Shown: one piece after another, positions 44,074 to 54,435 of the stretch | How positions within the stretch are numbered: the first letter of the stretch is position 1 | Layout: each line of letters starts with the position of its first letter | NCBI GenBank assembly: GCA_963823665.1 | Contig: CAWGMQ010000003.1 | Coordinates: 352,001 to 416,000 of the forward strand | Reading direction: 5' to 3' | Length of the DNA stretch: 64,000 bases | Source: an uncultured Planctomycetota bacterium | Lineage (GTDB): Bacteria; Planctomycetota; Planctomycetia; Isosphaerales; Isosphaeraceae | Notes under the pieces: model-generated | The model's input: the letters and a program-made list of their open reading frames with translations, nothing else | Told to the model about the DNA's origin: nothing | Databases searched by the model: none | Position numbers and translations under genes: made by a program

Positions 44074-45875
44074 TTACCACTGGCGCACACGCTCGGGCAG
44101 CAGCGGCAGCCAGTAGCGCTTGATGACATCGGGCCACGCGAAGTCTTCTTCGAAACGCTTTCGGCCGGCCTGTCCCATGCGGTGGCGGAGGCCGGGATCG
44201 TCAAGCAGGCGGATTAGTTTTTCGGCGAGATCAAACGCATTCCCCGGCTCAAACAGCAACCCAGTGAGCCCGTCGCTCACCGTATAAGGCAACCCGCCGA
44301 TTCGGCTCGCGACCACCGGCTTCCCGGCGGCCATGGCTTCGACTGACGTGATGCTGAGCGCGTCTTGCGCGATTGTCGGCACCAAACAAATATCAGCGGC
44401 TTGGTAGTGGCGTGGTAACTCATCCTGCGAACACCAGCCGACGGACCTTGTGAATTCGTCGATCTGGCCGGGCGGGTCGAAGGTGACGACGAGCTCGAAA
44501 TCGTTGCGTGTTTCGCGCAAGACCCGGCAAGCCTCATGCGCCACATGAAATCCTTTAATGACCTCACCCGCCACGGCGGCCATGAACAACATGGCTGGTC
44601 GGTTCGATTTCACACCCTCTCCGGGCGTCCGAGGCTCCTGCCGAGCAGCGCAAGCGTCGGCCGCCGTTCCCTTCTCCCCACCGCTGACTACTGGCCACTG
44701 GCCACCGACACTCGCCGACTCGAAGCGCGCCGGATCAACCCCCCACGGGACGATGCAAACGCGGCTGGCGAATGGCTCGAGCAGTGCGGCTGTGATCGGA
44801 TTGAGCACAAGCACGGCCTCGGCGTCGTAAAACATCTGGCGCATGAGGGCGTCGTATTCCGACGTGCCGACTCCAGCGAGGGCGCGTTCCACCTGATGCA
44901 AGGCACCCGAGTGCTGCCCCCGTTCGGCGAGGCACTGGTGGCACACCTGCGGCGTCGCGAGCTGATTCCTGGTGCATTGCTCGGCCTTCACGGGCCCGAT
45001 CCCGAGCAGCCGGAGGTTGTTGAGCGGGCAAAGGCATTCCTGTGCCTGCATGAGCAGGATCGTGGGATAACCGCGCAAGGCCTCGGCGAGGTGTGGCTTC
45101 ATGTTCCATGTATCGGAAATCACGACATAGTCCGGGGCGAACGAGTCGACTGCGGCGCGAAGCGCTCGCGGATGGTGGGCACGTTCCACTCGGTTTCGGC
45201 GAATGCAAGTGGCTCGCTGGCGGCAAGGTCGTCCCGGGTGACGCGGCCGATTCCCCACGGCTCGTACTGGGCGTAGAAATGCCGCACGTCGAATCCGTCT
45301 CGGCCGAGGAATTCGACCAGGCCGGCTGTGTGCATATTCCCGCCGCCGGTTGACGGCCAGTTGAATAGCAAGCTAAGGACGGCGACGCGCACGGGGCGCG
45401 GCTCGCGCGCTCCGGGCACGGCCGCGCCATCGTCCGCATTCAGATTTTGATTTTCGGGGTTCGAATTTCCGTGCGCAGGCGACCAGCTCATTTCCGCGCG
45501 AATAAGCCCGAAATTCAGCCGGGCCGGCAAACACGTCTCGTCGGCTTCAACCACCCCGCGCCATTGCTCGCAGGCCTCCTCAAGCTTCCCCTGCATCGCG
45601 TCAAGAACCGCGAGATCATTCTGGACGAGCGCCCGAAGCCGGGGGTTCGTGCCCCTCGCAAAACCGCGCGCCAGCCGCAGATACGCTGCCCGAGCGTCCT
45701 CATACTTCCCCTCGCGCACGAACTCACAAGCCTTCCAATACCGCGCCGGCAGCCCGTCCCGGGCACCCGCCCCGCCGTCCCCGTTTCGAATTTCGATATT
45801 CGAATTTCGAGTTTCCCCCCGCGGCTCCTTCCCCATTTTCCCACCCCGCCCAGAAGTCTTCCCGCGCCTGGCCAT
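44074..45875 (-). CDS. TPR + GT4 family glycosyltransferase with Cys-rich insert (frameshift near 45160)
   Basis: N-terminal TPR-like ALVQNDLAVL; LLFNWPSTGGGNMH; ECLCP...C...CHQC; QDALSITSVEAMAAGKPVVASRIGGL. Confidence 0.85.
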
Positions 45876-46225
45876 GGCCGACCTCCGACCAACTCTGGAT
45901 TTTAGATGCTTGCGCTCAAGCCGCCATTCAATCCGACCCGCCCCGTGCCCTCAGCTTCCCTTCAACATCGCTCCAGTCAGTTCCAACTCCGGCCTCGCTC
46001 GATCCGCGCCGACCCGGTCCGTCCCTTCCCACGAATTCATTCGTGAAGATTCGTGCCATTCGTGGTTAAACAGCATTTCATGCATGCACCTTTCCGACCC
46101 CTTCGCATCTTCCTCGGCCCTGTCATCTCATCTGCGCCCCATCTGCGTCAACTGCGGACAAATCTTCAGTTCCCCCATCGCTTTATCACCCCCGCCCAAC
46201 CACTGATCCGCCATTTTCCGTTCGC

Positions 46226-46586
46226 TCAGGTCGGCCTCTTCGGTGGATCTGGCCAGTGCGCCAGCGCGTCCTCGAGCGCCCGATCGCCAGCGCCGGGCAA
46301 TGCAGCTTATCCGGCGGCACACCATCCAATGCTTCGATCAGATTTTCAACCGTCAACTCCCGGCAGTGTGCGATCGATCTCCCGCGGATCATTTCCGTCA
46401 GGATTGAACCGCTCGCAATCGTCGGCCCGCAGCCAACTGTGTGGTACTTCGCCAGCGCGATTCGCTCGTCCTCAATCCTCAAATAGAGGATCATGAACGC
46501 ACCTCGGCCTGGCGCGCCAGCATGGCCGGTCAGGTCGGGGTTCTCGATCGCACCGCCGTTCCGCGGCGACATTACGTGCTCGGTCA
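46226..46586 (-). pseudogene. IscU/NifU-N-like scaffold homologue, 5' end removed by IS66
   Basis: TEHVMSPRNGG, YHTVGCGPTIASGSILTEMIRG, LDGVPPDKLHCPALA; start codon replaced by the IS end; indel near 46280. Confidence 0.85.
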
Positions 46587-46747
46587 GTAACCGTCCGGTG
46601 GAGTACACGCGGCTAAATGCGCGCGGCCGGCGCGCGACTTGCTTCGCGCGCCTGGGAGCTCGGGGCCGATCACCGAGGGCATCCAGGCCCGCTCGACCGC
46701 CGGCCGCACCAGCACGCGCGCAAGCTCTCTGCTCGTGACCAGCGCGG

Positions 46748-48309
46748 TCACTCCACCGGCTTCGTCTCCGCTGCCACCCGTTCTTTCTTCCACTGATCCG
46801 GCAGCAACTCTCTGATTCGCCGCGCGGGGTGCGTGCTGATCCGCTCCAGCACGTCACGCAGATAGGCAAACGCATCCACCCCCACGTTCTTGCACGTCAT
46901 GCACAAGCTCATCAGCGTCGCCGCCGTCTTGCCGCCGGCGTCACTCCCGGCGAATAACCAATTCTTTCGACCGAGTGCCACCGGCTTCATCCCGCGCTCG
47001 CTGGCGTTATTGTCGATCGACAGCCAACCCGCCTCGGTGAATCTCTCGAGCGCCTGCCAGTGATTCAAGGCATACCCGATCGCTTCGCCGATCGGACTCT
47101 TGGGCAATACGCGACTCTTTTCCTGTAACAACCAAGCGTGGATCTCATTCAAGATCGGCTTCGAACGCTCCTGGCGCAATGCCCCGCGCCGCGTCGTCCT
47201 GATCCTTGGTGTCCTTCTCCACCTTGTACAACTGCTGAATCATGGCCATCGCCACGTGCGCCCTTACCGCGTCGCTCGACTTGGACTCGTGGAACTTCCG
47301 CCGCGCAGTGCGCCCAGCACCCCACTTCGATGATCTTCTTCCCGGCGTAGATCGCGTCGTAGGCCGAATACGCGTCGGCTTGAAGGTAGCCTTCATAACC
47401 ATCGAGCATCCGCTGCGGTCCCTCGCCGCTGCGATCCGGCGTGTAGTCGTACACCACGTGGGGATGATCGCGATCCCCCAGGTAGTCCCAGAGCCGGCCT
47501 GTCCGCGTCTTCCCCAAACTCCGGTCCAGAACGGGTACTGGCGTGTCGTCAGTCTGAATGACCCGCGATTTGAGGATCTCGCAGTGCATCTCCGCGACGA
47601 TCGGTTCCAACAATTCGGCAGAGACCGCCATCCAATCGCACATCGTCTGACGAGACAGCTCCACGCCGTGACGGCGGAAGATTCCTTCCTGCCGATAAAG
47701 CGGCAAATGGTCGGCGTACTTGCTGACGATCACCTGGGCCATGAGCCCTGGGCCAGGCAAACCTTTCTCGATCGGCTCAGGAAGTCGTTCGGCAATGATC
47801 ACGTTGGCCTGGCATGCCTTGCACGCGTACTTGGGCCGCACATGCTCGACCACAATCAAGCTGGCCTGAACAAATTCAAGCTGCTCGCGAACCTCCTCGC
47901 CAATGCCGGTGCGGATGACGCCGCAGTCGGGGCACGGGAGTAGTTCGGGGAGAACGTCGTGGACCTTGCGCCGGCGCTCGAGGCTCCTGGGCAGCGGCTT
48001 ACGACCGTGCCCGTTCTTCTTGGTTGGTTCCGCTTGGCCAACCGACTCGGTTGTCTTCGCGTCGGCAGCCGGTGGGGCCGCAGCGGGGTCGACTCCGGTT
48101 GCTTCCAAGATCTCGCGGGCGAAAAGGAGGAGTTGGTTGGGGTCGAGCTTTTCGGTCCTGGGGCCGTAGATCCGCCGCAGGAGCTTTTCGAGCTGATGCT
48201 GGAGGTGCTCGTTCAGGACGGTCTGCTGGCGCAGCGTCTCCAAGAGCTCGCGGATGAGCTGATGGGCGGTTTCCAGATCGGTGGGGAGTGAATCGGCCGC
48301 CGTCGTCAT
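46748..48309 (-). CDS. tnpC: IS66 DDE transposase (frameshifted)
   Basis: CPDCG...YACKAC zinc ribbon, SKYADHLPLYRQ, IQTDDTPV, LQADAY, GCWAH, IDNNASER, GRKNWLFAGS. Confidence 0.95.
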
Positions 48310-48359
48310 ACCGTTATTACGGTCGACCGCCGTCAATGTGACGAGAGATTCTCAGAAGA

Positions 48360-48740
48360 TTATACGAGTGCATCTGCCTGCGAGATGGGGATGGGCGCCG
48401 GCAAAGTGTAGCGTCGCTGGCGGCCCGCGGTGCGTAAATCGATGCCGGCGAGGATGGCAGCCATCTCGGCCGGCGAGACTTCGATGCGGTTCGCCGTGGG
48501 TTGAGGGAAGCGGAAGACGCCTCGCTCGAGCCGCTTGTACCAGAGCGCGTAGCCATCGCGGTCCCAGTAGAGGATCTTGAGGCGATCGCCCCGCCGATTG
48601 CGAAAGACGAAGAGATGGCCGCAGAGGGGATCCAAGCCGATGGTCGAAGAGGTGAGGGCAGCGAGGCCGTCGAATCCCTTCCGGAGATCCGCTGGCCCAA
48701 CGGCCAAGAAAATGCGGACTGTGGGTGGGAAGTTGATCAC
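48360..48740 (-). CDS. tnpB: IS66 accessory protein TnpB
   Basis: DLRKGFDGL, LFVFRNRRGDRLKILYWDRDG, YKRLERGVF. Confidence 0.95.
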   Translation of the reverse strand: MINFPPTVRIFLAVGPADLRKGFDGLAALTSSTIGLDPLCGHLFVFRNRRGDRLKILYWDRDGYALWYKRLERGVFRFPQPTANRIEVSPAEMAAILAGIDLRTAGRQRRYTLPAPIPISQADALV

Positions 48741-49133
48741 GGCCGATCTTCCAGGACGTCGAGGAGTTGATGAAGGGTCGCCGGATCAAAGCCGGGTGGA
48801 ATGCGGACGAAGTGTCGTTCACTCACGACGAGCTCGAGCGAGGCGGGTGGATGGGAGACGTGGGGGTCGGCCGTAGAAACCCTCGATTGGGGACGGACAA
48901 GCACAGGAAGGAAGGCGGGGAGCGCGGGAGCTCGCCGGGGCAGAGACCGGCGCCGGGCGACGGCTTTCCGAGGGGCCGGCGGTAGGAAATCCGCCACGGA
49001 GACCGTATAGCCAACTGCGGAAGGAGCTGACGGAGATATGACGGCGGCGACAAAACTCAGTTTGGGTCAAACCAGAGCGGTGGAAGTCAGCCAGTATGGC
49101 TGACCAATCGCATTTGGGAATAGCGCGGGACAT
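48737..49133 (-). CDS. tnpA: IS66 accessory protein TnpA (frameshift near 48990)
   Basis: WSAILADFHRSGLTQTEFCRRRHISVSSFRSW HTH; FLPV...VRIPPGFDPATLHQLLDVL in the next frame. Confidence 0.88.
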
Positions 49134-49217
49134 GCGTGGACTCCGGTGCGTGAGGGCACCGGCTTATCCTGACACCAACCCCCGCCCGGATAAAGATGCA
49201 CTTCACCGGACGGTTAC

Positions 49218-49893
49218 CGCCTTGCGATCCGCAAGGCCCAGTGCTTCCCGAGCCGCCGGGGCCGGTTATGGGGCTCGGCCCGGGGCCTGGTCCGCCCGGG
49301 CCCGTTATCGGGCCGAGGGGGCCATCCTGAGGCGAAATAACGATGCCGCCCAAGCCGCCACCCGCGCCCCCGCTGCCCTTGAGCGTCCAGCGCGGCCCGG
49401 TACCGCCGCCGCCACCGCCGCCCAACCCGCCACCGCCTCCGATGCCACCGCCACCGCAGCCGCAACCCACGCCACCGCCTTGCGACAGCGGCCCAGGAAT
49501 CGGCGCTGGTCCAATCGGACCGTTCAGCGGCGTCAACGTGAGCGACCCGCCGGGCCCAGCCGAAAACGAGCCGCCCCCACCCGGCCCTCCGCCCTTCAAT
49601 ACCGGGCCCGGGCTCGGTGTGAGGCCCGTGCGCCCGCCACCACCACCCATCGTGCCCCCGCCGCCTGTCGTCCCTCCACCAGGCGTCGTGCCGCCCGTCC
49701 CCGTCGTACCGCCCCCTCCGGTCGCCCCGCCGCCGGCGGTGCAACCCGAGCCCTGGTTAGACCCGCACGACGAATTCAGCGAACACTGCCCTTGCAATGT
49801 CAGCGGCGAACTGCCGTTGCCGCCAGCCTCGCCGGTATTGCCCAGCGCGGGCGGTGTCGGCTTGGTGTTATCGGGCGTGAATACGTTGGCCAT
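49218..49893 (-). CDS. Gly/Pro/Thr/Ser-rich protein with 6 Cys, 3'-truncated by IS66
   Basis: AGGAGG 7 nt upstream of ATG 49893; about 225 codons before the IS end; co-directional with neighbours. Confidence 0.75.
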
Positions 49894-49915
49894 GGTTCAA
49901 CCTCCTCGCTCTCCA

Positions 49916-50526
49916 TCAGATGACCGCTGTTTTACATTTGTCGGCGCTTCGTCGCAAAAAAAAATCGTCCTGCGTGATTTCCCGGAAGAGCTCCTCCGCC
50001 GTTTCGATCCCGACAAGCCAGCTCAATTCCGCCTTGAAGGCGTTCGGCGTGAGCGAGCGGGGCAGGCCTGCATCGGCGGTAACGTGCCCCAGCGCCCGGT
50101 GGTCCCGCCAATGCCCGTTTCGCATTCCCGCCTGTCGGTAAACGTGGTTTGCCCGTTCTGGCGGCGATTGATTCGGAACCGGACAGGCTCGAAGCCGTCA
50201 CGGTGAATCTCCACAAATCGCGACGAGGTGCCAATGAAGTCCTTGAGCGCAGCCAGCTCTTCAGCCGATTTGCCCTCGATCTTCGCGCGATCTCGGCGCT
50301 TGGCCTGCTGGTCCTCGTCCAACGGCACGTAACGCTTCTGCGCTGTGATGCAGGCATGCCAGCGCGGTTGTGTATTTACGCACGGCGTCGAAACCTTCGG
50401 TCGCGACGACGGCGACCCTTCAGGTGCCCGAGACCCGTGCCGACCGCATGGCGGCACTCCTTGGGCCGCGCGGAGAAGGGCGCTGGCGTCGGTCGAAGAT
50501 TTCGAGTTTTTTCGGGCGGTTGCCAT
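49916..50526 (-). CDS. Hypothetical protein (frameshift near 50130, start uncertain)
   Basis: VPLDEDQQAKRRDRAKIEG...FRINRRQNGQTTF joins MRNGHWRDHRALG...EELFREITQDDFFL; stop just upstream of the RBS of the Gly-rich gene. Confidence 0.55.
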
Positions 50527-50836
50527 CGAAGCCCGTCCTCGTGCGCACGTTATATACACGCAAATTTTGGGCATGGAATCTCGGTGCCCCGCAAGTGCGT
50601 TCGTTTTACAGCCTACCGAAATGAAACAGCGAAACGCGCTCGCCCAAGCTGCTGCGCTAGCAACCCGGCGATCAACGCATTTCGCTCAAAACGCCACGAC
50701 CGGAACCAGAAAAGGCCCCCGCGGCAAACCCCGGCTTCCATGCGAAGCCAGCCGCATTCCCGGCGCGAGTCCTCGCGCCTCGGAACAAAGACTCAACACT
50801 TCCGAAGCCTTTTTTGTTCGGTCACTTTCAAGGCAA

Positions 50837-51226
50837 ATGAACCCGGCTGCCACTACGCCCGCCGATGCCCGCGCAGCTTTCTTGCGGCGATTCGGAAGCT
50901 TAACTGTGGGCAAACTTTCGGTTGATAAGGGTGTGTGGACCTTTCGGTATTCGCCTGCGTTTCGCGCTAGAAATGACATGAGGCCGCTGCCGATGTTCCC
51001 GGACGTAAATGGAGTGTATAGATCGGACGAACTATGGTCATTTTTCCGGATGCGAGTCCCGAGCTTGAAGCAACCCGCGGTTCGTGCCATTGTAGATAAA
51101 GAGGGGATTGACTCGAACGACCAGATTACGTTGCTGAAGCGGTTTGGTCGGCGAACCATAAGCAATCCGTTCGAGCTCGTAGAGGACGAGGCGCCGTCAG
51201 GCATGACTCCGGCTTTGTCGCGATGA
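50837..51226 (+). CDS. HipA N-terminal (Couple_hipA)-domain protein
   Basis: VGKLSVDKGVWTFRYS, FPDVNGVYRSDELWSFFRMRVPSLKQP, LLKRFGRRTISNPFEL. Confidence 0.75.
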   Translation: MNPAATTPADARAAFLRRFGSLTVGKLSVDKGVWTFRYSPAFRARNDMRPLPMFPDVNGVYRSDELWSFFRMRVPSLKQPAVRAIVDKEGIDSNDQITLLKRFGRRTISNPFELVEDEAPSGMTPALSR

Positions 51227-51480
51227 CCTCCGCCTTAAATCGCGTCGCTCGAGTTTATCGGTGTGCCCGGGCCGCGATCGGACGCGACCGCGGAGACGAC
51301 CAAGACTCGAACGGGCTCAAGCACTCCTGCCCGAGTGGCTGAATCAGACATCATGAACGTCATTGGTTCTCCGCCGAACGTGTGGGCCGCGAATGCGTGG
51401 ATGCGGGACCCTGACCGAAAGGGTGGATGTCTGGATTCCCATGGCTCGATTCACGATTCATGCGTCTCTCGGAGGCCACC

Positions 51481-53298
51481 ATGTCAACGCTTGTGCTGAT
51501 TGCTCTTGCGCTCCGAGGTTTAGGCGACGCTCAGACCCAAGATGGCGGTGGAGAACCTCCTCAGGCAGCGAGGAGGGTGATTGACGGGCGCGTGACGGAC
51601 GCGCACGGTCGGCCCGTGCACGAAGGCAAGGTATTGTTCGCGCACCAGAATCCGCCGCTGGCGTTTCAGGAACTTTGGGCGGCAACCATTGACAGCCAGG
51701 GATATTACCACGTCGAGCTAGCAACATATCCGGTCGGCGCCACGACTATCCCGCCCACCGGCAGGCTTCGTTATCTCGCCCTTGTTCCCGGCTTCCGCGG
51801 CGAGACCGGGAGGGTTGACACCGAATCCGGCCCGGCGAAGGTCGACATTCGGCTTGTGCCTGAGGAATGGAGGTCGACGGAGATTGTGCTGCAGAATACT
51901 GCTGTCGACCCCGTGGCCGGCGCACGAGTGTCACTCATGCTCGGGGGGCGCGCGACGTGGTCGCGACAGATAACCGATCCGCAAGGTCGGTGCGTGGTCA
52001 AATCCGCACCCGGGATAACTTGGATTTGTAGGGTCGAGCACCCCGATTATATGACCACCGAATTTGGCTCTCGCGGTGCGACGGAGGACCCGCCAATGCT
52101 CAGGGTTCCGCTTTTTGCCAGCATCGAGGGCCGTGTAGTAGACCCCTCCGGCAATCCTTGGGCCGGGATTCAGATCGGCAGGCTGTTATCAGACAGGGTC
52201 ATCGTGACTAAAACGAGCGAGCCCCTCATGGTCCTTCCGTTCCGGGGTGCAAAAGACTTCCAGGTCACGGATTCACAAGGTCGCTTCAAGCTGTCCCCGC
52301 TCACTCCCTTGAATAGCCGCGATCTCGGGGGCAACTCACGAGACATCAAGACCCAGCCTCTGACCGTCTGTTTCGCTGACCCGACCATGCACCATGTTTT
52401 CTTTACGCGACTTGACGTGCAGGGCGCCCGCCACGCGCACGAAATCGTTCTGCGCCCAGCATGTGCCGTGCGCATTCCGATCGAGCACACTGCCACCGTC
52501 CCCAACGGGAAGTTTCTAAGCCAGTGGGACCTTTACGATGTTTCCAACGCGCGGTCGTCTGAGCGCGGGATGCTCGCGATGACGCGGCGAGCGAAACAGG
52601 AATCCCAGGGCCAGGGGTCGGATGCAGCCGAGTGGATCGAGGGATACCTACCCGCGGGTAAGTACCGTATTGACGTAAACTCCGTCAACCTCGCCGCGCG
52701 AGAGTGGGTTGAGGCGGCGAGCATCGGGGTCGTTGTCCCACCGGGCGAAGGGCCTCTCTCGCTGCCGCCGGTCCGTATGTCCTTGCCACCACTGCGCGGC
52801 CTTACGGGAAAGCCGGCGCCCGAGGTCGATGCGAAGGATGCACGAACAGGAGCGGTTGTGAAGCTGTTCGACTACCGCGGCAAGGTGGTTGTCCTCGATT
52901 TCTGGGGTCACTGGTGTGGGCCGTGCCTGGGGGCGATGCCGCACTTAATCGACGCATATGAGCGATTCAAAGGCAAGCCCGTCGTGATCATAGCGCTCCA
53001 TGACCAGTCGATTCAGTCGGTTGACGAACTCAACAGCCGCCTGAGCGGCGTGAAGCGCCAACTTTGGAAGAACCGAGATCTTCCTTTCGCGGTGGCCTTC
53101 GACCGGCCGGACCCAGCGGTCGGTGCCGATGAAGCGGGCATTGCAAGAGGCGCGACGATCGCCCGCTACAAGATCCGCGCGTTTCCCACAACCCTGGTTA
53201 TTGACCCGGACGGGAAAGTCGTCGGGCCGGTGGACGCCCGCGACGATGGTCAGCTCACGGCGATGATTGAGAAGGCACTCAAAGCTTCCGCGAGGTGA
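51481..53298 (+). CDS. Secreted TlpA-like thiol-disulfide oxidoreductase with N-terminal carboxypeptidase-regulatory-like beta domains
   Basis: Signal peptide; GRVTDAHGRPV, GRVVDPSGNP; KVVVLDFWGHWCGPC and AFPTTLVIDPDGKV. Confidence 0.88.
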   Translation: MSTLVLIALALRGLGDAQTQDGGGEPPQAARRVIDGRVTDAHGRPVHEGKVLFAHQNPPLAFQELWAATIDSQGYYHVELATYPVGATTIPPTGRLRYLALVPGFRGETGRVDTESGPAKVDIRLVPEEWRSTEIVLQNTAVDPVAGARVSLMLGGRATWSRQITDPQGRCVVKSAPGITWICRVEHPDYMTTEFGSRGATEDPPMLRVPLFASIEGRVVDPSGNPWAGIQIGRLLSDRVIVTKTSEPLMVLPFRGAKDFQVTDSQGRFKLSPLTPLNSRDLGGNSRDIKTQPLTVCFADPTMHHVFFTRLDVQGARHAHEIVLRPACAVRIPIEHTATVPNGKFLSQWDLYDVSNARSSERGMLAMTRRAKQESQGQGSDAAEWIEGYLPAGKYRIDVNSVNLAAREWVEAASIGVVVPPGEGPLSLPPVRMSLPPLRGLTGKPAPEVDAKDARTGAVVKLFDYRGKVVVLDFWGHWCGPCLGAMPHLIDAYERFKGKPVVIIALHDQSIQSVDELNSRLSGVKRQLWKNRDLPFAVAFDRPDPAVGADEAGIARGATIARYKIRAFPTTLVIDPDGKVVGPVDARDDGQLTAMIEKALKASAR

Positions 53299-54435
53299 CA
53301 AGAGCGGCAGATTCGTATGCACGGAATCGGGGCCGAGCTACTCATTTCGAATCGCGTCGGAGAGCTTCGCTCCTGCCGGCGACGGCTTTGGACTACTTGC
53401 CTCTGGCCAGCGAAGCAGCGGCGCGGGCTCTGTACGATGAAGCCGATTGCCGAGCGAGTCGAATACATGTTGCAGGATCCCACAGTTCAGTTCTCGTATC
53501 ACAATCAGGTTAGGTCGAAATCGAGCCAGCCAGCTACGATGTAGCATGGCATGCAAGAGGTCGGTGGCCCCTTCGCGGCGCGTAAGGCGATAAAGGGCTG
53601 GGAGGAACCCCGCTCGTCCGGTGTGCTCGGTTCAAGCGACACTAAAGCTGACCGTGCCAGGAAGCTGGAGTGGGCGATCTCCCCCGCGCTCGAGCCCCCC
53701 GCTGCCGCCTGTGGCGACGACTTCCCGTGCTCAGGCTTCAACTTCGGCAGGGAACGGGCGAGGACACGGGTCGCGTTGATATCAAGGTCATCGTACCGCA
53801 CACGGTTGTGCGCGTGCGATTGTCTCGGCGAGTCGGGCTGACGACCGAGGTTGGTGGCCTTGCATTCCGGATGAACCACGGTCTGCGGGTTGGTGGGTGA
53901 GCGGGCACCGCGAGGTTGAGATGCACTTTCGCGGAGCGAAAGGCAACCTTGTGAGATGCGCTCACGAGCGAGCCCGTGGGTTCGCCGGCGGAGGCTTTTG
54001 AGATGCTCGGGGCGACTTCAGCGCGTTCGGGGGCACTGTTTTTTCGCGCTGTGAGGTGCGACCTGCGTAATCCGACCTCCGTCGATCGAAAATGCCGAGA
54101 TTTTCGGAAACTGGCGCAAAAAAGCGGGCCCGTTTGTAGATCATTCAGGAAAGGGAGCATTTGAAACCCAAGGCGTTGCCGTTGGCGTCGACTGTTGTGG
54201 CTTGGCAGGGCGTGGATTGGCATGGGGGGCATCAACGAAGTCAATAACAACGGCGCGCTGGAACGTGAGAATGGCGAGGAGATGACAAGATGACAGCATC
54301 AGGAATTGACGGGGTCAAAACGTATGGTGGAGCGGATCGTTCCGGAGACGCCGTTGCGGGCCGGTCGTCGGTCGCTCGGAACAACGGAGAAAGCACAACG
54401 GCCGACGGCGATGTGTTGCCGCTCGACGCCGGCAA

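Larger units (their letters stand above)
46587..49217 (-). mobile_element. IS66 family insertion sequence (2631 bp)
   Basis: Terminal IRs GTAACCGTCCGGTGGAGTACAC (46587-46608) and GTAACCGTCCGGTGAAGTGCAT (reverse complement of 49196-49217), 19/22 identical; tnpA-tnpB-tnpC inside; no target duplication. Confidence 0.95.

Noticed and set aside
700..50130. Widespread frameshifts (meaB, PEP mutase, tetR, TPR, DUF885, MFP, both RND permeases, GTs, iscU-like, tnpA/tnpC) as mass pseudogenisation or programmed frameshifting
   Set aside because: They are mostly single-base indels in homopolymers or GC repeats with intact motifs on both sides and almost no nonsense codons; uncorrected long-read error is the simpler explanation. 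Read-level polishing would decide.
49343..50206. Plus-strand 287-aa Pro-rich ORF
   Set aside because: Antisense shadow of the Gly-rich gene, which has the RBS and the operon orientation
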